Notes under the pieces: generated by a model | Database searches by the model: none | Told to the model about the DNA's origin: nothing | What the model saw: the letters and a program-made list of their open reading frames with translations, nothing else | Program-made: the position numbers and the translations under genes | Shown here: positions 23,401 through 32,400 of the stretch, in pieces | Layout of the letters: each line of letters starts with the position of its first letter | Position numbering within the stretch: the stretch's first letter is position 1 | Source of the DNA: Podarcis vaucheri | Taxonomy: Eukaryota | DNA: 64,000 nucleotides | Assembly (NCBI GenBank): GCA_965113315.1 | Contig: OZ220377.1 | Reading direction: 5' to 3' (one strand)

Positions 23401-26400
23401 TTAGGGTGAGGTTTCTTCCCAGGGCCTCCTGATCAGGATGGGATAGCACAGGGGCACAGCCCAACACCTCCCCACCTGTGTTCAACCAAAGGCAAACTGT
23501 TCCAGAAGCTCTGCAAACGCCATCTTGGTAGTTAAGATCACCCCATAATTAACTGGTAGTTGTTGTAACAGTGAGCTCACATATGTCTATATTCACTTGC
23601 TTTGATACAGGTTAATTGCCTTGCTTTGAAGTTCTCCTTATCTGGGCGGTTTGGAGTGCTGGGCTCTGAGCCCAGAAGGGGAGCTGACCTGTAAGATTTG
23701 GGTATTTGCCACCTATGCCCTCATCTGTTCAGGTGAAGTGATGAGAGGTCCTTGGGCACGGGCAAGGCATCTTCTTGCTGCAGTGTCTGTCCCACGTCTG
23801 TAAAAGGTTGGGAGACCTGGCAGGTTGATTTGCTGTAAGTCTGCACCTTCTTTAATAAAGCCCTAGAACTGGCCGTTCTGTTGTTTTTTGACATCCTTCT
23901 TTGGTTATCCCTGCACCCAGCCACTCCCACAAGCCCTCCTTTGGGCTTGTGGCTCAGAACATCACCCCATTCATTCTTCCAGCAACCATGAGAATTTGAG
24001 AGGAGGTGATTGTTCCAGGGTCACATGGTGAGCTTCATGGCCGAGCATGGATTTGAACCCAGGGCTTGACAGTCTCTCCACTATGTCTCAGTGTCTCTCT
24101 GGGTTTTGTTTTTTTTTTTTTTTTTTGCAGGGCAGGGGGATCTTATCTGGCCACTCTCTTCCTAGCTGCTCCACTTTCTCTTGCCTCCTTTCCACCCCAC
24201 AGGGCAATGACCTCAATATTGATAGCTGCTCTCTCTGCCCCTGCCTTTTCTGCTGTGTCTTTTTAGGCCAGCTTCATCACATCACTCTTCTTTTCCCCTG
24301 TTGCCATGGAAATGTTTCCTCCTAGCTTATTGAGGGCCAGCAGTCTGAAGAGCAGGAGGGAGCTTTCTCTGTTTCCTTGTGCTGCTGCTGGTTGCCAGCA
24401 GCTGCTGCAAGTGCATGCCATGTCCTTGGTAAGGAGCTTTCTCCTTGGAAAAGGTGGCATCTGCTGTCGATCTCTCTGTGGATCCTCGCTTTCCAACCCT
24501 TGACGCAGGGGAGGGGAGCTTCAGGTTGGAAGGTGTGCAACCTTCCAAGGGCCATATGGGGACAAATTGGAAAGTGGGTGGAGCAATGAATATAATTAGT
24601 ACCTGTAGTGGTTCTAGGGGTTGCTCGTGTGTAAGCCGGTGCAAACATCTGGCTGGGTTGCCTGAGTGAACCTTTTCTGTCCGGACAGCCACTCTCCCGT
24701 GGCTGTCTCAATCGCTGGCAGAATCCGTCAGTGGGCGTTTCTTAAACTTCTTCCAGCAAAGAAGCTCTTTGACGCCTAGTCTCCTCCTACTCTCTCTGGG
24801 CGAAAGCCTTCTGCGCAAGCAGGGCGTAGGCAGCGGAGGACCTCTACTCTCCCCGCTGGTCCCTGGCAAGGAGTCATGGGACCGCCTCGCCGCTTCCCCC
24901 ATCTGCCCCCCTTCTCCACTGGTGCTACGCTGATTCTCTTCCCCAGAAGATGGGCTGCTTCTCCCACTCCCGGGACGCTCTCTGGAATCCCTCTGGATTT
25001 TGCTCTCTCCCTCCGGCACTGATGGCAGTTCCCTGACAGTACCTTTGTACAGTAGGAAAGTGTCTAAACACACTTCTACACATCTCTCCATCCTCCCCGC
25101 AGGCAAGGCAAGAGGCATGAACAGGGAAGGGCAGGAGTGGGCTAGGATAGCAGTTCAGGGTGTAGGTTGGGGGGCAGCTAGTTAAAAACTATCAAGACTG
25201 TTGGATCTGATGCAAGGCCAGTCTGGTCCTGCATCTGGAAACCCACCCCTGCGGACAACCAACTTTGTGGGCTCTGATGAGGGTGCTACTAATTGAGAGA
25301 GAAGAGGAGGCATTTCTGGATGAAGCAGGTCATGGAGACAACTGATAGGACAGGGCCGAGGGGTGGTTGTCAGCTAGAGCACCACATTCCCTTGTGAGCC
25401 ACATTCCGGGGGTCACAGCCCAGTGGTGGCTGGGAGCAGAGGCAGAAGTGGGTAGGGCAATGGATATGACTCTCTTCCCTTTCTACACTAGCGGCTTCCA
25501 GCCATGCAACAGCCAGAAGCAGGATCACAGTTCGAGGACATATTCCATTTGGGCAAAAGCAGCCAAGGAGGGAGAGGAGCTGGGCCAGTGACGGAGGGTG
25601 GCTGTGTGAGAGGGAGTGTGGCTGAGAAAGAGAAGGGGGTAGCATGGGGAGAGTGAGGGCTGAATTGAGGGGCCTGGAGAGCAGTTGCTCCCCGCCCCCG
25701 TTCTGAGGGTTCCCCACAGCTCCCTGTCAGAAGCATAATGTTCTCCCATTCCTGTGTCCCTTTCCAGCTGGCTGTCGGCTCTGGAGAGCACCAAGTGGCT
25801 GCAGCACCTTTCTGTCATGCTGAAGGCAGCTGTGTTGGTCTCCAATGCTGTTGACCGAGAAGGGCGCCCTGTGCTGGTTCACTGCTCAGACGGCTGGGAC
25901 AGGACCCCACAGATTGTCACCCTGGCAAAGATCCTTCTGGACCCTTACTACCGGACAATGGAGGTATCCTGTCTCTTTTGCCTGTTAACATAAGGAGAAC
26001 CTGACCTGGCTGGGTGGGGCATTCTCTTGCTTTGGCCTCTTTATATAATAGTCCAAAAGTAGACAAAGCACAACCTATTCTCATGCTTCTCCCAAGTCCT
26101 CTATGTCTCTTTTTTCCAACTGATAGGGCAATCTCTCACAGGAGGCAATGAGCTTTCACCTTGTTATCTCTTCTGGAACAAGCTTGTGCCTTTCTGTGAA
26201 ATTAAAAAGAGTTTACTTTTTTATTTTGGAGTGTTACCCAATCAAGAAATTAGGACATCATCGGCCATATAAAGTTGGTCGGATAAATGGTTCTTCATAT
26301 TATTTTTAGATAGGCACACAGCACCTTACAGAATGAGAATAGTCAGGACCCTGCCCTCAAGGAGCTTACAATCTAAAACAAACAACGTGGAAGATAAAAG

Positions 26401-29400
26401 GAAGCTGGTGGGGGGAAGGGTAGATGGGGACAGCAAGGGAAGAAAGTGGGCAAATACAGTAACATGGAGTTAGACTTCCTACATTTCAGGGGGTTGGACC
26501 AGATGGCCCTTGGTGTCGCTCCCAACTCTACAGTTCAAGGAATAGGTGAGTTTTGAGTTGGGATCTGTCGAGTGAGAGAAGGCACTGCACAATTTGCCTA
26601 GGAAAAGTGTTCCAAGCATACAAAGCAGCAAGGAAGAATGGACATTGTTGTATTTGGAATCAAGGGATTTTTCTGGTGGCCAAGCTGGGACTAAAGATCA
26701 CAGGAAGCGATCTAATGGAAAGGAGAGCAGAAGAATGGGGTAGGGCAAGGCTGTGGAGAACTTTCAAGGTCGGAAGCTGCCTTATACTAAGTCAAGGCAC
26801 TAGTCTGTCTTCCTCAGTATTGTCTATTGGCAGTGGTGGCTCTCCAGAGTTTCAAACAGGGAGTCTCATCCAGCCCTACCTGGGGATTGAACCTGGGGCT
26901 TACTGTGAGTGCTCTACTGCTGAACTATAGCCACTGAGCTAAGGCAAGGGGTTGTGCTGGAAACACCAGTGAGGGGATATGAGGAGGAATGTTACAATCT
27001 GAGGAATGACTTTGGCAGCCCTAGAAGCTTCCTGCCCCTTCATTGTGGGCTGCCCAGTGGGTCTACGGCGGTGACATTTCTCTCCTTCCTCTTGGCAGGG
27101 TTTCCAGGTGCTGGTTGAATCAGACTGGCTGGATTATGGCCACAAGTTTGGGGATCGCTGTGGACACCAGGAGAAGGCGGAGGATCAGAACGAGCAGTGC
27201 CCCGTTTTCCTGCAGTGGCTGGATTCTGTCCACCAGTTGCTCAAGCAGTTCCCCTGCCTTTTTGAGTTCAATGAAGCTTTCTTGGTAAGAGAGAGCCTGC
27301 AACAGCCTAGGGAGGGACAAATCACAGGAGACCCATCATTTTATCACAGGCTGATCTTTCAAATGGGAGAGTCAAGATGGCTCACAAGAGCTTAGTTTGA
27401 AGAATAAACCATGCATTCATTCATCATTTTATTTGTACAGCATCCTGCTTTTGTTGGAGAGAGAAGTTTGGAAGAGAGATTCTTACTCTTTCATAGCAGA
27501 GTTAGCACAATGGTGATTGCTCCAAGGACGTTGAAACTTGGTGCCCTTATCCACCTTTAAATAAACAATCCCCATGAGAATACTTAGGCTAGAATAAATC
27601 AGACACTTAGCTTACAGAGTTTCCAGAAGGCCCTTCTCTAAGTCCCACCACTCTCGCAGGCATGCTTGGTGGGAGGGAACTTTCTCAGTGGCAATTCCCA
27701 GGCTTTGGAACTCCCTTCCTAGAGAAGCCAGAATGACTCTGTCATTGTCCTTCCACCAGCAGCTGAAGACTGTTCCATTCCAACAGTCCTTTCAGGAAAG
27801 GGCCTGTGCTCTTTGACTACCTGTATTTTAAGAGATTAAATGTTTATATTATTTTAATTCTATTAGAGTTTAATTACCTTTTAACCATAATTTTTATATG
27901 CTTGTAGTTGCTTGTATTTTATCTGTGTTCTTTTCATTTGTGTAAGCTGCCTTGAAACCCTATCCGGGGAAAAGACAGGATAAATAATAATAATCAGAGA
28001 ATATCGGATATTAATAATAAGAAATAATTTGAGAATGAAGAGTTCAAATTGCATAAAATAGTACATCACAGTTTTCCCTTTCTTCATGCAACACACTTTC
28101 TCCTGCCCTTGACAGCAGGTAGGCTGGTCCAGTCATTAGTTTCAGTTATACTTTAATCATGAGCATCTGAAGTGTGAGCGCACAGGGCCAAGAATACCCC
28201 AGGTAGTTTCCAAATATAAGTCTATAAACATTTATTTCTCATATATTTATTTCTACCGACCGTGTCCTGAGACACCTTGCAGTGTATAATTTTTTTAAAA
28301 ATAACACAGAAACATGAAAAGCGTTCTTCCGGAGATGGGCTCATGCAAGCTTTAACCCAAAGCCCTTCCTGTCATCTCCTCCAGGTGAAATTGGTGCAGC
28401 ACACCTACTCCTGCCTTTATGGGACCTTCCTGGGGAACAGTCCCTGTGAGCGCGAGATCCACAACATCGCCAAGCGCACCTGCTCGGTCTGGTCCCTCTT
28501 GAGAGCCGGCAACAAGAACTTCCACAACCTGCTCTACATGCCTGGTAGCGAACAGGTGAGTGGGATTCCCACCCCTGGTGCTGGAGGAGGGGGAGGTGTC
28601 CTGCCCTGACTGAGCTTGCTTTTCTCCACCTTCCATGGCAGGTGCTGCACCCCGTATGCCATGTGCGAGCACTGCACCTCTGGACGGCTGTGTATCTCCC
28701 GGCATCCTCCCCATGCCCCCTTGGAGAAGAGGGCATGGACCTCTACCTGCCTTCTGGATCCCAAAGCCAGGAGTTTAGCAGCAGGTCTCTTGACAGGTAG
28801 GATAAAGTGATCCTTGTCTTGTGAGTTGCACCAGGGTTTCTAAGGATGCCTGCTTGCATTAGCTGTGGTTTCTGCATTGTAAAGGGTGGGACCAGATGAT
28901 CCTTTGGGTCCCTTCAAACACTACAATTCTATGATTCTAGGTCTAGAGCATAGCTCAAATTTTGCCATATATTTTCCATTTCCACTATATACAGTGGGTC
29001 TTGTCCAAGGGAAGGTTCTGGTGCTTTCAACCTACTTTGTATTCCATCACATTATCCACTTGTATATTCTGACCTTCCCCACTGCCCTAAAAAATCTTGG
29101 AAGAGTTGTTAATGTCAGTGCTTATCAAGAACCTGACATTTAAATCTAACACACCAAGAAAGGATGCTTCTACGTATGTGGTGATTTCTTTACTGTTTTT
29201 TTCAAAGCTTTGGAGAAAGGACCATATAAGATACATTTTGAAATGCCAAGGTGCATTGTAAGGATTGAATGCCTCTTATCCAAATGGTTGCTGAGGGTCC
29301 CCTCAACCTGTTCATCCTGAGATACACAGTCGTAATTGCTGTGTACTGAGCATTAACATAAAAGAAAGAGACCATTAGAAACAGTGAGGCTTCTGAAGCC

Positions 29401-32400
29401 CTTCGGAAAATATCTAGGTTTTTATCCATTGGCCATAAACACTTGACGTGGGGCCAGAGACTAGTTGGCAGACTTTCAGGTAGTGAGGACAGGCTCTGGC
29501 CACTTGGCTGCCTGCGTCCATGGTGAACCCATATCCTGTTTCAGGCCCTGCAAGGGCCTCCACGGGCAGAGAGAGATCATTCTCTCCGGTGCCTAAGGTT
29601 TCCTTTTGTGGTTCCAGATTACCAAAGACCAGATCTATGGACGATCTTCTTTCTGCCTGCGATCCCAGCAGCTTGCTGACCCGCACATCAAGTGATCCGA
29701 ACCTGAACAACCACTGTCAGGATGTCAGGGTCAGCCTGGAGCCCAGGCATCCTGGTGCTGAGGAGACGGCAGCTGGCAAAGAGAGTGTGGGAGAGGAATC
29801 TCCCCAGGTGCCTCCACAGCAGCAGGAAGAAAAAGAAGTGCACCCCTTGCCTGTTGCCAGCGACGGGAACTCTGAAAACAACAGAACTGAACAGCCACAG
29901 ACATCACAAGACCATAGAGGGTCTCAGCAATTAAATGGTGTATCTCCCAAGGTAGAAACTGTAAGCAGAGCAAGTCCAGAAGCAGTGGAAGGTCCCTGCC
30001 CCACTCAAAACGCTTCTCAGTTGACAAAGCCTTTGGGGGAAGTGACTGGAACGGATGAGCAGCTTGGAAAGTCCCTCTGCAACCATGTAAAAGATGTTGG
30101 CCTGGAATCTAACGGCCCCTTGGACCTTGCAGAGCCCTGCTGCCCTGACACCTCCCTCCAGCCTTCAGTGGGTGGCCCCCGTTGGATTCCACCAGCTCCG
30201 AGTGTTCCAAGGCAGGATGCTCCTGGATGCCGGAACGAGGAGGAGGACGGCAAGAGTGGCCGCGTCAGGCATGGGGAAGAGGGCAGCCAGACAGGGAAGG
30301 CTCAGCCGGAGTTGTGGCGGAAAGGGATCTCTCAGAGCCAGACGAGCGAATTTTCTTTCCTGGGAGCCAGCTGGGACAGCTTTCAGGGAATGGGGACGTC
30401 GCTTCCCGGAGGTGACGTGGGTCCCCGGCGGCTCCTCTCTTATGGCTGCTGCAACAAGAGGCTGAGCAGCAGGCACTTCTGGGCCTCTGGACTGTGCCTC
30501 AGTGGTCAGTGGCCTTTGAAAGAGAGTGCAAAGCCCCCTGGCTGCTCCAGCCACTCCGGCACCCACTGCGCAGGCTATGCTGGGAAGTCCAGCAAGGTGT
30601 GGCTCCCTTGCCATCTGAAGCAGGCCCTCGGCTCCAAGCACGCACCACCGAGCAGCCCCTCCCCAGTGCCTCCACTCTACCTAGATGACGACGGGCTCCC
30701 CTTCCCAACAGATGTGATCCAGCACAGGCTGCGGCAGATCGAGGCCACCTACAAGCAGGAGGTTGAGCAACTACGCAGGCAGGTGCGGGAGCTGCAGCTC
30801 AGGCTGGACATTCGCCATTGCTACCCGCCTCCAGCTGAACTGCAAATGGACTACGAAGACGACTTCGTAAGTGACGGCTCGCGGGTGTGGTTTCTTCAGC
30901 AGCCCCTGGGGAAGGCATGCAATCATTTAATTGTAGATGGGAGGAGTTGAAAGGTCATCAACAACACACCTGCCTCAGAGGCATCTCTGTCTCCTAGTGG
31001 GTTCCAAGCAGAACATAGCTACAAAGCTGTGAGGTTCTGGTGGAGCAGATAAGGCGTACACACTGCCAGATTCCATTCACATAGTTCTGAGAATCATTTG
31101 TTCCTTGCTTGCGTCTCCTCTTGTCTCCCCCTCTCTTCCCGTTTTCCAACAGAGGCATTCCAGAATTCCCCAGTCTCCCACTCCACTGTTCCGTTGGTTG
31201 AAGAGGGTCTGTAGTTCAGTGGGGGAGTTCATGATTTGCGTGTGGAAGTCCCATCCTAGGTTCCATTTCTGGAAACTCCAGTTATAAAAAGATCAGGCAG
31301 CTGTTATGGGAAGGACCCTCTGCCTAAGACTCTGGAGAAGTGCTACTGGTTACAGTAGATACTGGGGTAGATGGGACAGTTGGCTTGACCTGATACAAGG
31401 CAGCTTCCGATGCCCCTGTGAGCGTAATTATTCCCAACTCACTATTAGAGGATACTGAGGTTTCAGGGGGAGGTGGAAATGTGTGTGGTATGTAACAGAT
31501 TAGCTAATGGCTGTCGTGGCCTTCCTTGCAGACCTGCCTCAAGGAATCAGATGGCAGTGAAAATGAGGACTTCTACTCTGACCACAGTGAAGACTGTCTA
31601 TCTGAAGCAAGCTGGGAGCCTGTTGATAAAAGGGAAACTGAGGTTTGTTGCATCTCCTTAGTTGGCTAGCATGACATGAGAAGCAGCTGCATGGCTGACA
31701 TGGGTAGCATGACATGGGAAGCTCAGTATTTCCATTATTTTGTGTGTGTCTGCTATTGCCCCATTCTAGATCTGGTGTTACAAACTCTCTTGCATTTCAC
31801 TATATCTGGATGTATTAAGGGTTTAATGAACTGTATGTCTAGAAGTACCCCTTATTTGTCTACTCTGGACTTCCTACCTGGATGTCCTTCATATGTTTTG
31901 GACTGCAACTCCTATTATCTTTGACCAATGGCTGTGTTTACTGGGGCTGTTGGGAGTGCTAGTTCAAAACTTGTGGAGGCACCAGGATGGGGAATGCCAG
32001 TCTACTCCAAGGAGCAATTATTCTCTGACATCCTTTCTGATGCTTGAAAACTCAGCATTCTTCCTATTTCTAGAGAAAACATTCATTTTATTGTTTGCTT
32101 TTTCCCATCTTAAACTGTCAGTGTGGCCCCTTTCTGAATTGTTTCCTGTGTGTCAATCACTTTTCTGAAACTGGAAGTGCTGGAAACACAGAACTCCAAG
32201 CAAAGCTTTCAAATGTGCCAAGTAAATGCTGCTCCCTGACTCTGTATACGAATATCCTTCTAACCAACAGATACACACTGTGATTTCTCTGCAGGTCACT
32301 CGCTGGGTTCCAGACCACATGGCCTCACACTGCTTTAACTGTGACTGTGAGTTCTGGTTAGCCAAACGCAGGCACCACTGCAGGTAACGCTTAGCAACTG

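Noticed and set aside
29520-30950. 476-aa ORF as a stand-alone gene
   Set aside because: It is MTMR4 exon 29618-30866 plus chance in-frame intron flanks, bounded by clear splice sites.
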